DNA of 63,284 nucleotides, taken from positions 27,749,105-27,812,388 of the forward strand of contig JASCQW010000112.1 in the NCBI GenBank assembly GCA_030264375.1, written 5' to 3'. Of this stretch, positions 1-11,891 are shown one piece after another; the first letter of the stretch is position 1, and every line of letters begins with the position of its first letter. Under the pieces are notes generated by a model. The model had not been told where the DNA came from. It made no database searches and saw only the letters and a list, made by a program, of their open reading frames with translations. Both the position numbers and the translations under genes were made by a program. This stretch comes from Carcharhinus longimanus. Its lineage: Eukaryota.

Positions 1-60
1 TGGTCGGCGCAACATCGTGGGCCGAAGGGCCTGTTCTGCGCTGTAATGTTCTATGTTCTA
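1..60 (+). mobile_element. 3' tail of a young CR1-clade (HER1-like) LINE
   Basis: gggccgaagggcctgttctgcgctgtaatgttctatgttcta tail; 59/60 identical to the reverse complement of 19411-19470. Confidence 0.8.
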
Positions 61-515
61 AATATACTGTTTACACTGGATAAGGGTTAGCTCAATTCTG
101 CCAGCTCTTTGTGAGGCTGTGTGTGTTAGCTGGCTTGATTATAAGTGACCATTTGATCTGCAGAATATTTTTTGAACAGGGCAAGCTAAGTGGTAATGGA
201 GGAGCTGAGTTACTATAACATTTCAGAACGTGAATGGAAAATAATTCAGAAATGAGAGAATGCTGTATATGTTTTTAAAAATCTGTATTAGTCAGATCGC
301 TTCAGTGTTTTCAACAATTATTTGGTTTCTTCTAAAAAATTAATTATATGGACAGAGTGTTTTATAGCAAATCATCTTCTCCAGATGGAAAGTTCCTCAG
401 CATAAATTATATTAGGACTGATTAGTAATGTAATGCCCTCAGCCAGTTAATGTAATTTTAAAACATTTCAAAACTCTATTTTATACACCTAAATTGCTGG
501 GTTTTTTTCCTGCAG

Positions 516-568
516 GCACATAGTAATGACATTCTTATTTTCTCTGTACAACCGAAGTCCCTTGTCAG
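516..568 (+). CDS. KLHDC2: KLHDC2 penultimate coding exon (AHSNDILIFSVQPKSLV-R)
   Basis: ttttcctgcag acceptor and AG|gtaagg donor; 53 nt. Peptide matches the recalled vertebrate KLHDC2 C-terminal region and joins in frame to 2765. Confidence 0.93.
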
Positions 569-914
569 GTAAGGGCATGGTTTTGCCAAGGTAAACACCT
601 GCCAGTTTTGCTCATTCATAATGAATTAAAATACGTTTTTTCTTCTTGACATGAATAAGCTGTATCAATACTGTATTAAGTGGGTTTGACAGTCTGAATC
701 CTATATTTGTGGATCTGAATCCAAAATATCAAATTGCATAATTCAGCAATAATTAGCAGCCTAACTTAAATGAGGTGCACAGGCACTCATCCCTCTCACA
801 CACTCATCTGTCTTGAAGGCCCAACACAGCCCCATAAGTCTTGCTATCCTGCCCCTCACAGGCCCCACTCTCCTTTCCTGATGTCCTCACATCCTTGAAC
901 ATAAGGGAACAGGA

Positions 915-1665
915 CTGCTAGACAAGGTAGTTACAAAGGTGTATGTGATGCTTTTCTTAAAACCTGACGCACAAAAGAGTAGGGAGCTATGCTGGCTCTG
1001 TATAAAACACTAGTTAGGCCACAGCAAGAGTAATGAGTAAAGTCTTGATCATTGCATCACAAGAATGTGATATAGTTGCAATAGAGAAGTCATAAAGGAG
1101 ATTTACCAGGATATTGCTCAGAGTGGAGAATTTTAGCATCAAGAGAAAGTTGGATAGGCTACTATTTTCTTGGAACAGAGATTTAACTAACGTGTATAAA
1201 AGTAAGGGATCCAGAATGGATACATGAATAGAGAGGGATTAGAGGAATACAGACCGAATGAGGGCAGAAGATCTTTTTTTTAAGTTAGGGCATCATGATC
1301 GGCACAAGCTTGAAGGGCCTGTTCCTGTGCTGTACTTTGTTCTCTTCTTTGCTTTTTGGATAGAAAGGACCTTTTCCCTTAGAGAGGTTATTAACAGGAG
1401 CACACATTTAGAGTAATTGATAGAGGGAGTTAATTTTTTTATTTTTGCTCAGAGGGTGCTAGATGCCAGGAGCTCACCCCCTGAAAAGGTGGTAGAGGTA
1501 AAAACTCTTAAATTTAAGAGGTACTTGAATATGTATTTCATTGATGAAATTAACAAGGCATCAGACCAACAGCTAGAAAATGGCATTAGGCTAGCTTTTT
1601 GTGGCTGGTACTGACATGATGGGTTAAATGGCCTCTTTCTGTGGTGTAAATTTCTTTGATTCTAT
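915..1665 (+). mobile_element. decayed CR1-clade LINE 3' fragments (one nested in another)
   Basis: LYKTLVRPQ-like RT C-terminal remnant at ~997-1025; two CR1-type tails (~1345 and ~1660). Confidence 0.7.
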
Positions 1666-2764
1666 AATTAATCTGCCTATCTTATTTTCTTCAGTAATCT
1701 GTGGTCATGTACTTCAAGGTCTAGTCCTCTACACATCTTGCTTTCTTACTATTCATTATGCATGTTTATATACAGAAGATTCAGTAGTATGTGAAATATA
1801 TCTTCATCATCCTCTGACTGTTAATCCCAGTGTCGTGTTGTGAACAATTTGCAGTAAAGGCAGAAAGTATCCCATCAGAAAACAATGTAAATGGATGATC
1901 CCAAATTTAATCTAATTTTCCTTTTCCGTCAGGTTCAGTTATAGAGGCCTTAATGGAAGGGAATTGTCTGCAGATTATTTCTCTACCCATTGTATTTCAG
2001 GGCAAGAAACACTCAGGGATGCTTAAAATGTACAAGCCAACGGCTGAAATTGTTCAGAGATCTTTTGTAGCTGCAGTTTACAAGAGAGCCACAGGGTGGT
2101 ACACTATTCTGGGTTAGATCACTGATACCCGCTTTTAAGGGAAGGAACAAAATGGTCCACAAACTCCTGATTGAGAATTGCATCGTAGGGTCATTTGAGC
2201 ACTTGAAGAAATGGCTACATAAACCGGGTTATATATTCTATCACTTACTGAACGTGTATATAAACAAATATCTGCTCCCACCTGGGGTACATTTGTAAAA
2301 TCCATATCTTGCTGTAGCATTGAGAGATTCAGAGAACACTTAGGGAAGTGCTCTCCACCTCACCCAAACAGCATTCTCTTCAATAATGTTATAGGAAATG
2401 TTAAGTAGTGTCCTTTTGTACGATATATTAAAATTTAATCATAGAATCCTACAGTGCAGAAAGAGATTATTCAATCCATCGAGCCTGCATTGACCACAAT
2501 CTCATCCAGGCCCTATCCCCATGCATAAACCCCCTGACACTAAGGGACAATTTAGCATGGCCAATCCACCTAACTAGTAAATTAGTTAAAGCAGTTAAAA
2601 GGATTAATTCGCTATCCCACTCTTCCAAAGTAGCATGAGTGCTAATTAAGTTGTTGAATTGTTTATGCTCTGAATGTGAATTTAAAGAAACAAACTATCT
2701 TCTACTTAAATGATTTGCTATACTATAAAAGTGTGCTGAATTTTGTGTTTTGTATTTTTTTCAG

Positions 2765-2888
2765 ACTTTGCCTAGAGGCAGTGATCCACTATAAAGAAAT
2801 GTTGGCCAATATTTGGGACTGTCTTCCAAAGCATCTGCTTCTTAGCATTAATCAACGCGCCGGGAGCAGTAACACATCTGGATCATAA
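2765..2888 (+). CDS. KLHDC2: KLHDC2 last coding exon (LCLEAVIHYKEMLANIWDCLPKHLLLSINQRAGSSNTSGS*), BC-box/Cul2-box region
   Basis: ttttttcag acceptor; 124 nt to TAA; phase matches the previous exon; ends in the characteristic -NTSGS. Confidence 0.94.
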
Positions 2889-3099
2889 AATCTGCCAGAG
2901 CAATTCCAGCTTCAGTCATTGTGTGATTTAGCTATTCTTTGTTCTAGCAGTTGGGAATATTTGAGGGGCAGAGAAGCATGATTTTTGATTTCTATTGGTA
3001 CCTGCATTTTTGCAGGCAAGTTAATATTTTGTTAAGTCTATTTTTCTTTTGAACATTAAGTTAATAAGTTTGTATGTATGGGATTCGTAGATTGTTTTG

Positions 3100-3105
3100 A
3101 ATAAA
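3100..3105 (+). promoter_or_regulatory. candidate KLHDC2 polyadenylation signal
   Basis: AATAAA ~210 nt after the stop codon, just before a CR1 fragment begins. Confidence 0.5.
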
Positions 3106-3144
3106 TGATGCAAAAAGAAAAAATGGTTTACTCTGTGAAGTGTC

Positions 3145-4105
3145 CTCTCAGCTGTGGAGTGCCAAATGGTTCAGTACTGGAACCTCAACTATTTATAATC
3201 TATATCAATGACTTGAATAAAGGGAGCAAATGTGTGGTAGCTAAATTTGCTATTGACACCAAGATAGGGAGGAAATTAAATTGTGAGGAAGATATAGTCT
3301 ACAAAGAGACTTAAATAGGTTCAAGGAGTGGACAAAAAAAATGGGAATATAAAGTGGGAAAATGTGAACTTGTCCATTTTAGTAGAAAGCATAGAAAAGC
3401 AGTATGTTATTTAAATGGAGAAAGATTACAAAACTCTCATTAGAGGAGGATCTGGGTATCCTGATACATGAATCTCAAAAAGTTAGTCTTCAGGTACAGC
3501 AAGTGATTAGGAAGGCAAATAGAATTGTGTCTGTACTCTATTCCCCTTGTAATAAAATAAGGAAGTATTGCTACAACTGCACAGAACATTGCTGAGACTG
3601 CAACTAGTGTGTACAGGTTTTGTCTCCTTAATTGAGAAAGGATATAAATGCTTTAGAAGCACTTTGGAAAAGGTTCATATGACTGAAGGGGGTTATATGA
3701 TAAATAAATGTTGAAGAATGTGGGACTGCATCCATTGGAGTTTAAAAAAATGAAAAGTGACCTTATTGAAACATGGTCCTGAGGGGACTTGACTCTTGAG
3801 TGCGTGGAGAGGATGTTTCTGTCGATGAAAGCAACTAGAATTAGGGGACACTTCAAAAATGAGTGTCTACTGAGATTGAGAAAATTATTTCTGAAGATTA
3901 TTGGTCTGTAAAATTCTGTTGCCCAGGGAGCATTGCAGTGAGAGTTATTGAATATTTTTAAGGCTGGTTCTTGATTGATAAGAGTCAAAAGATTTAGGGG
4001 GTAAATAGGAGAGTGGAGTTGATGTCACATTTAGATCAGCCATGATCTTATCAAGTGGCAATGCAGGATTGAGGGGCCAAATGGCCTCCTGCTAATTTGT
4101 AAGTT
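3145..4105 (+). mobile_element. decayed CR1-clade LINE, RT domain to 3' end
   Basis: GVPNGSVLEPQLFIIYINDL and KFAIDTK (degenerate GVPQGS/FADD) motifs, then frameshifted C-terminal RT and tail. Confidence 0.85.
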
Positions 4106-4267
4106 TGAATACAAAGCAATTCATATTGAACCCAGCCAGCTGATGTGGTTTATTTCCCATTCATTCAGTTCTTATGCCAAATAAATTAAGTGCACCTTCA
4201 AAACAGAAGGGAATGGAATCTCAGGAAATCTCTTTCATGGTTTATATCATTTCAGGATCTGTACATA

Positions 4268-4660
4268 TACAAAGAACAGCACAGCACAGGAAACAAGCCC
4301 TTCGGCCCTCCAAGCCTGTACCGCTCATTGGTCCAACTAGACCATTCATTTGTATCCCTCCATTCCCAGTCTGCTCATGTNNNNNNNNNNNNNNNNNNNN
4401 NNNNNNNNNNNNNNNNNNNNNNNNNNNNNNNNNNNNNNNNNNNNNNNNNNNNNNNNNNNNNNNNNNNNNNNNNNNNNNNNAGCCCTTCCCCAAAAGAGAT
4501 CCCAATGGTCCAAAAATCTAAATCCCTGCCCCCTGCACCAGCTCTCAAGCCACGCATTCATCTGCATATTCCTACTCTCACTATCACGTGGCATGGGTAG
4601 TAGTCCAGAAATGATTACCTTCAAGGTCCTGCACTTTAGCCTTTTTGCCTAACTCTCTAT
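4268..4660 (-). mobile_element. CR1-clade LINE: 3' tail, gap, ORF1 SGNH-esterase-like fragment
   Basis: VIISGLLP...NAWLESWCRGQGFRFLDHWDLFWGR on the far side of a 100-N gap from a CR1-type tail. Confidence 0.75.
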
Positions 4661-4819
4661 ATTCACGCTATCATCACAGTATTAAATCAAAAATTCCACA
4701 CTTCTGAAAGAAACTGGGTAATTACTTAGAGGAAAAATGTTTACAGGGCTATATTGAAGGAGCAGCGGAGCGTAACTTATTGGAAGGTTCTCTGAAATAG
4801 CTGGAAAAGGCACAATGGG

Positions 4820-5055
4820 AAAGCTTAGAGGAGATATGCGAGGCAGGTTTTTTTACACAGAGGGTGGTGAATGTCTGGAACACGCGGCCCATGGAGGTGT
4901 TGGAAGCAGGTACGATAGCGGCATTTGAGGGGCAACTAAATGAAAACATGGATAAGATGGGAAATGGAGTGTGTTTTAGTTTAGGCAGGCATCTTGGTCG
5001 GTGAAGACTTGGAGGGATGAAGGGCCTGTTCTTGTGCTTTACTGTTCTTTGTTCA
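4820..5055 (+). mobile_element. CR1-clade LINE 3' end
   Basis: FFTQRVVNVWN-like terminal peptide followed by the gggcctgttc tail. Confidence 0.75.
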
Positions 5056-5227
5056 ATGGACCAAATTGCTTTACTTGTTCTGTATTATTTATTGATTTAT
5101 GCCTCAGTGAAATATTATCAGCCTTTGGCACCTGAATATTTATTTCCTTTTATTTGAGAATTCCACTGAAGGGCCACAGTTCAGGACATATGCATAGGGC
5201 CTGTAAGCTCTCTGTTTAACATTGTTT

Positions 5228-5462
5228 TGAAGTTTATTTATTACTCACAAGTAAGGCTTACATTAACACTGCAATTAAGTTACTGTGAAATTCCTCTAGT
5301 CGCCACACTCCGGCACCTGTTTGGGTCAATGCATCTAATCAGCACATCTTTCTGACTGTGGGAGGAAACCCACGCAGATATAGGGAGAATGTGCAAACTC
5401 CACACCAACATCAAGCTGTGTCCCTGGTGCTGAGAGGCAGCAGTGCTAATCACTGTGCCCCC
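5228..5462 (-). mobile_element. V-SINE (HE1-like), alternative-tail subfamily
   Basis: V-domain gtggagtttgcacattctcc on minus; tail ends in taataaataaact. Confidence 0.75.
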
Positions 5463-6202
5463 CCTTCCTCTGGTGGCACATTGATTGTTCACCATCTTTA
5501 TTGGCTGTCTTTCTCCAATCTTCACTTATTTTCTCAGAAACATTAAATTGCATTGCCACTGCACAAGTTTTTTCAGCAACTGCTGCAACTTAATTCTAAA
5601 TTGAGCTGCGGATTTCTTATTCTTTCTTGAAGGCATCGTGATAGCTCAATAGGCTGGGAGATTGCATTAGAATTGGTGGTGATTTTCCTCTCATGTATCT
5701 TCAAACTAATGAACCATGGTTTAAGTATTGATAAGTATTAATAACCGCAACGCGGTTTGACCCTGAAAACTCAAGGTCGACTTTTGCATTAGGAGTACAA
5801 AAGATTCTGTCCTTCCAGGCAAAAGGGTTGACTTTTACATGGGTATATACTTTATATTGCACTTTTAATGTAGTTCTAATGTAACAAGGCATTTCACAGC
5901 AGCAAGCAAGTTATGGAACAGCTATACGAGGGGATATTAAGGTGTGTGACCAAAAGCTTGGTCAAAAAGGTAGGTTTGATGGAGTGGCTTAAAAGCATGC
6001 TCTTAAAGAACAAGGTGGAGAGGTTTAAAAGGGAAAAAATTTCAGAGCGAATGGCTGGCCCAGATGGTTGAAGTCATGGCCACTAATGGTAAAATGGAGG
6101 AATGCCATAGATCCCACGGTTGGAGGAACTTAGAAGCCTGGAAGGTTGTAGTGTAGGGGAAGTTACGGGAGGGTGGCTAGGGCAAGACAGAACTTGAAAA
6201 GA

Positions 6203-6558
6203 GGGGGAGCACGCTCGGTAGCACAGTGGTTCGGGCAGCATGGTACCACAGTGGTTAGCACTGCTCCTTCGTTGCTCCAGGGACCTGGGTTCAATCCCTG
6301 GCTTGGGTCCTGTCTATGTGGAGTTTGCACGTTCTCATGTCTGCGTGGGTTTCCTCCCACAGTCCAAAGATGCACGTGTTAGGTTGAGTGGTCATGGTAA
6401 ACTTGCCCCTTAGTGTCCTGAGATGTGTAGGTTAGAGGGATTAGTGGGAAAATGTTTAGGGATATGGGGGGGGTAGGGCCTGGGTGGGATCATGGTCAGT
6501 ACAGACCTGTTGGGCCAGATGGCCTCTCTGCACTGTAGCGTTTCTATGATTCTATGAA
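6203..6558 (+). mobile_element. tRNA-derived V-SINE (HE1-like) with CR1-type tail
   Basis: A/B boxes (cagtggttagc, gggttcaatcc), V-domain, and tail ctgcactgtag...tctatgattctatga. Confidence 0.85.
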
Positions 6559-7739
6559 AAAGCTACTCGAGACTTTTGTATCTTTTTCCCAGCGAAAAAC
6601 AGTGGAAGAGTCCCGCAGCCCGCAGATCCAGTAGGTGATCTAAATTTTTAAAGCTTATTTATAAGTAAGCTTACATCAACACTTCAAAGAAGTGAAAATC
6701 CCCCTAGTCGCCATACTCCGGCACACCGAAGAAGAATTTTGTATGGCCAATGCACCTAACCAGCATGTCTTTCGGACTACAGAGATGAACTGTGGTTGTG
6801 AAAGGCGCTATGTAAAATATAAGGTTTCTCCTTCCCTTTTCTATATTGAGCTTGAAGCAGCAATCTCACCATGACCCTGTTTGAACAGGTTTAGTTTTTG
6901 ATCATAAACAGCAGCAGGCAGTACTGCACAAGATAAAGTTTACGATACAGGGGGATTTAAAAATATACGTACAAGAGCTCTAATAGAGAGGTTCACAAGT
7001 GGTCTGAATTGGCTAAGGACATATCTGCATAAACTAGCAAACCCAACTTAATTACCTGCAGTTAAGATTTCATTAGCACAAAGGGAAAACAATTAAAAAC
7101 CCATTTAAACGCACTGAGTTTTGTCTAACATTGAAAGGACCTGGATAAAGATGCATCTTAATTATATTTTAAAGCAATGATAATGAGCAGACATGTTGCC
7201 ACAGGCAAGAAAAAAAATGGAGCGCACTAACTGCTTTCTTGCTGCATCCCGAGTGTGCAGGAAAGAGTCTTGAAAACGTCCAATCAATAATGTTTTCCAT
7301 TTGCTACCAAAAACGCATTGCTCAAGACAAGTCATTTTCAGTCTCCATCCCTGCCAATTCGCATTATGTAAACGAAGTCAATCTTTGCAGCTCATTAATA
7401 ATTAGCCCTTTAATTATTACAATGCAAAATCCTTGTCAGAACCAATTAACCTCTTGTTCTCAAAGTGCTGCTCCAAAACACCAGAAATACAAAAATCAAT
7501 AGCTCGCCTCAAGACAGCCCCACAGCAAGTTCTACGAATGCAGTCCGTCAAAATGAGAAATATAATTAAAGTGCAATCAATTACCGTGTTCGAAATGGGT
7601 GCAGTTTTGGACTTTAACCTAAAAGACAGATGTTGAGTTAACACAAAGATTCACTGGGATGCTGCATGACATTATAAAGCAGCAGGGAAAATTGGGATTG
7701 TTTCCATTAATGATTGGAACCAATAAAGATTGGAACCTT

Positions 7740-8022
7740 AAATCCAGGAGAGCACTCCAGTGCAGTACCAAGGGAGTGCTGCACTGTCAGAGGTGCCGTC
7801 TCTTGGCTGGGATGTTCAACCTTTTCTGCCCTCTGCAGAAGATCCAGCAGCCCTATGCGACAACTGGGAGAATTCTCTTAGCATCCCTTAACAAACACCT
7901 CCAAACAGATCATGTTGCGTTTCTCCACAGAATAACAGTTCATGGCCGCAGGAGCAGTTCATCGGTTGTGAAGCATCTGTGGGATGTCCTGAGGATACGA
8001 AAGGTGCGACACAAATGTAAAC
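7740..8022 (+). mobile_element. Deu-domain SINE remnant (SacSINE1-like)
   Basis: gcagtaccaagggagtgctgcactgtcagaggtgccgtc resembles the recalled Deu-domain core. Confidence 0.65.
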
Positions 8023-8214
8023 TGATGACAAGGAAGAAATGGTTTTCAAAATGCTCTAATTTTCTCAAGGACGACATGCACTGAACCCTAGTCTCAAGGT
8101 ATTCCTCACAGAATCACTGTAAATGGTCACCTGATCAGAGGTTGGAGGCAATGTTGCAAAAGCAAATGCCACAATCTCCCTTGCTTCAGGAGTGTGTTTG
8201 TCTGGGTGTTTTAT

Positions 8215-8575
8215 TTATTCATTGGATCTGAGGATTGCTGGCAAAGCCAGCTGTTATTGCCCATGGACTTGCCCTGGGGATGGTGGTAGAAAACTGACAG
8301 AGGGAATTTAAGGCTTCTGCCTCAGCAATCGTGTAGGGACAGTGATATATTTCTACGTCAGGATGAGTGGTAACTGCAAGGAAACTTGCAGTTGGTGTCG
8401 TTCCCATGCATCTATCGTCCTGTTCTGGGTGGCAGAGGTCATGAGTTTGGAAGATGTTGTTGAAGGGTTTTTGGGTGAGTTACTGCAGTGCATCTTGTGA
8501 ATGGTACACACTGCTGCCACTCTGCTAATGCTGCAGGGAGTGAATGTCGAAGATAGTGGGCAGGATGCCGATAAG
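8215..8575 (-). mobile_element. LINE 3' fragment (same family as 25120-25370, 49170-49415, 52040-52260)
   Basis: Shared gggcaataa...gctggc 3' end among the four copies. Confidence 0.6.
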
Positions 8576-9305
8576 GAGGTCATGGAGTTTTTCAGAAGAC
8601 AATTAGAATTCTTGTTTGGGTAGTGGAGAGTCAACCAGAAATCATGGATTGTGTTGAAACCAATGAGGTTCTGAGAATAATGCATTCTCAACATGAAGAG
8701 GATCTTAGGCTACAGGTGTGGTGTTACAGAGCATGAACTAGAATTTAAATATTACATTAATACCAGATAATAAGCCAACAAGTTTAAGGCGTTAAGCTCT
8801 GCCGCATCTACCAACTCTATATACCATCTTTATATAAAAAAAACACAATTGACAAGAACGAAAGTATCTGAAATCTTGAGACTGAATTTTGCAGGAAATA
8901 TTTAGAGAAGTTGAGTTTTGATAAGACTGGGGTATCCTTGACACAGTGGTTCCCACATTGGACTCTTGAATGCGGTTGCCTTGTTGGTCAGAATCTTTTC
9001 ATGGACACTTCCACAAATCAGTGCCAAAGCAAACACGGAGTTAAATGTGGACAGGGCAGATAACATTCACATCTAGCAATCAGCTTTACGCAAGCAATGA
9101 CGCAACACATCACAAAGAAATCCCTTCCTTTCTCTCCTCTCATTGGATTGCTTTGCTAACAGGGCTTGTTTCTACAAGATAGGGAAATGGCAGATTAAAG
9201 GCTAAAATCAACACTTAGAATGGAGACTCATTCACTAGATCCACTTCAACGTCACCATGAGATTGTCCATCACAAAGCACACAAAATTAGAATGAAGGTG
9301 AGTGA

Positions 9306-9642
9306 ATCATAGAACCCTACAGCACAGGAGGAGGCCATTTTGCCCAACAGGTCTGCACCAACTCTCCAACAGAGTATCTTACTCAAGCCCACCATCTGCC
9401 TTATCCCCATAACCCCAAGCATTTACCCCACTAATCCCCCCAATTTACACATCTTTGGACATTAAGGGGCAATTTAACATAACCAATCCAACACCTCTTT
9501 TGGAGGTATGGGAGGAAATCGGAGCATCCGGAGGAAACCCACAGAGACAGGGAGAAAACATGCAAATTACACACAGTTACCCAAAGTTGGAATTGAACCT
9601 GGGTCCCTGGTGCTGTAAGGCAGCAATGCTAACCGTGCCGCA
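9306..9642 (-). mobile_element. V-SINE (HE1-like)
   Basis: Reverse complement of the 6233-6558 family. Confidence 0.8.
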
Positions 9643-10012
9643 GTTCTAGAACAGAATGAAGGCCATTTCATCCTAACAGGGCTGCGATTCTTCCCAATAT
9701 CGAGCTTGAAATACTATCTTGCATAATTCCCTTCAATGCTAAGCATCTTTAAAAAAAAAATTCATCCAATAGTGAGAATCGAAAAAGAGAAGTGTCAGAC
9801 TAAAATCTCAGGTGTTGATTCCTTTTGAGTCAGCCAGGATCCAATAAAATATCAATATGCAAAAAACTGGCCATCCTTTTATCAGATACTGAGAAACCTG
9901 CTGGAGAATTTCAGCAGTTAGTTCTTTTTATTTGCACTAAACTTCTTGTGCAAAGGAGGGAAACGGCATTGGACAATGGTATGCTACAGAGCAACAGGCA
10001 GCATAGTTCACA

Positions 10013-10490
10013 GGGGAGGCAATGGCCTAGTGGTATTATTGCTGGACCATTAATCCAGAAACTCAACTAATGCTTTGGGGACCTGGGTTTGAATCCCGCT
10101 ATGGCAGCTGGTGGAATTTGAATTAAATAAAAAATATCTGGACTTAAAATCTAATGATGACCACAAAATCATCATCAATGGTCTGAAAAACCCATCTGGT
10201 CCACCAATATCCTTCAGGAAAGGAAATCTGCCATTCTTGACAAAGGGTCATCTGGACTCGAAACATCAGCTTTTTTCTCTCCTGCTGAGATTTTCCAGCA
10301 TTTTCTCTTTTGGTTTCAGATTCCAACATCTGCAGTAATTTGCTCTTATCCTTGCCTGGCCTGGCCTACATGTCACTCCTGAGCCACAGCAATGTGGTTG
10401 ACGCTCAACTGCCCTCAAAGGGCAATTAGGGACGGGCAGTAACAGTTGGCCAACCAGCATGGCCCATGTCCCACGAATGAATAAAAGACT
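10013..10490 (+). mobile_element. tRNA-derived SINE (second family), interrupted by a Penelope-like fragment at ~10237-10347
   Basis: A/B boxes (tggcctagtgg, gggtttgaatccc); homologous uninterrupted copies at ~25810-26150 and ~38910-39270. Confidence 0.75.
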
Positions 10491-11373
10491 AAATCTAGCA
10501 ACCCAGTTAAATTACCCACTGATCCCAATGAACTTGTGCTCCCCAATCCCCAACGCACTTGAACTATCATAACCAATGGTGCCACGAATTGAGCCAACTT
10601 GCATAAAATTGTCCATTAAAACAGGAAGCAATGCTCCATGAAGATCTTTACTGTGAATTATCCAATAATTAGATGGTGTTTCTGCAGTTGACAACGTGTT
10701 ATCCATAACAATATAGGACTCTAAACCCTAAACCCAATCCAGTAGCCTAAGCCGACATGGGCTGAAGTTTAAACACCAACTCTAATTTACTGCCTGGAGT
10801 CAACCCAGGAGGGAACTTGCTCCATAATGGACACACTATCCTTCCACATGCATTAATAGTACATTCTAAAGATAAGAACTGGGTCACAAGAGGGGGGAAA
10901 TAAAATCACTTAATTCAACAAATGCACAATAAGAGTTTTGTTCCTTCTCTGTTCTGCAAGCAGCTCAGTGCGAGATTCTGGCCAGCCCTGCCTGGCACGC
11001 GTCAGCGCCACTGCACACTGCTGTCTGTGCTAATTAAAGGGCAGCCTGACCCAATTAAATCTGCACAGGCTGAAAGATCACTTACCGTTTCATCTAACGC
11101 TCTGTTTCTTTGGCCACCGTAGTGGTATTAACTATTCTGGAAAATGCAGAGCCTGGGCAAGTGGAACTGAAACCCCATAGAGCTTTAAAATTCTATCTGG
11201 GGCACTTGCAGCAAATTGCTCACGTTAATTTTGAAGCTCTATGGACAATAAAGCTTTAAACCGGCCCACAGCACCTTCACTGGGAAAGCTGAACAGAGTA
11301 TTTGGTGGCAGGAGAGGTTCAATATTTCCTGGTCAATCCCAGATACTGGGACACAGCCAATTCCAACATTGCC

Positions 11374-11589
11374 CTCATCTTCCCTGCTCCAGGCTCAGAC
11401 TGGGATCACATTCCAGGAATGTTCTCATCCTCTCTGCTCCAGGCTCAGACTCCAGAAATGTCCTCACCCTCTCTGCTCCATGATTAGACTGGGATCGGAC
11501 ACCAGGAATGTCCTCACCCTCTCTGCTCCATGTTCAGACTGGCATCACATTCCAGGAATGTCCTCACCCTCTCTGCTCCAAGATCAGAC
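11374..11589. repeat. 50-bp minisatellite, ~4.5 copies
   Basis: Units start at 11374, 11424 (39 bp, deleted), 11463, 11513 and 11563. Confidence 0.9.
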
Positions 11590-11726
11590 GTTTAAGATCA
11601 GACGTTTAGATTGAAAAAATGAACAGCAGCAGCAGCTAAAGTTTCATTCCACAAGAGAAAACACTGGAAAATCTCAATAGGTCTGGCAGCATCTGTAAGG
11701 AGCGAAAAGAGCTGACGTTTTGAGTC

Positions 11727-11891
11727 CAAAGTAAAAAGTCTGACAACACCAGGCTTTAGTCCAACCTATTTATTTGATAATCTAACCCGAAAGCTAGTGA
11801 GTATATTATCAAATAAATAGGTTGGACTAAAACCTGGTGTTGTCAGACTTTTTACTTTGTTTACGCCAGTCCAATGCCGGCATACCCACAT
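11727..11891. mobile_element. Penelope-like terminal repeat in fold-back form
   Basis: 55-bp arms 11727-11781 and 11805-11859 (1 mismatch); same family as 57682-57812 and 55200-55280. Confidence 0.7.

Noticed and set aside
5770-5855. Degenerate pogo/Tigger-like terminal motif (gttgacttttacatgggtatatac)
   Set aside because: No matching opposite end found; too short to support a call.
6233-6310. tRNA-like A/B boxes here and in other copies
   Set aside because: Each continues into a SINE body and lacks a full cloverleaf; these are not tRNA genes.
7659-8084. 141-aa ORF
   Set aside because: It mostly overlies a Deu-SINE remnant and has no recognisable domain.
10723-10737. TAAACCC x2, telomere-like
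   Set aside because: Only two units, and not the vertebrate TTAGGG repeat.
11374-11589. CRISPR-like repeat-spacer appearance
   Set aside because: The 'spacers' are homologous to each other, the context is vertebrate, and there are no cas genes; it is a minisatellite.
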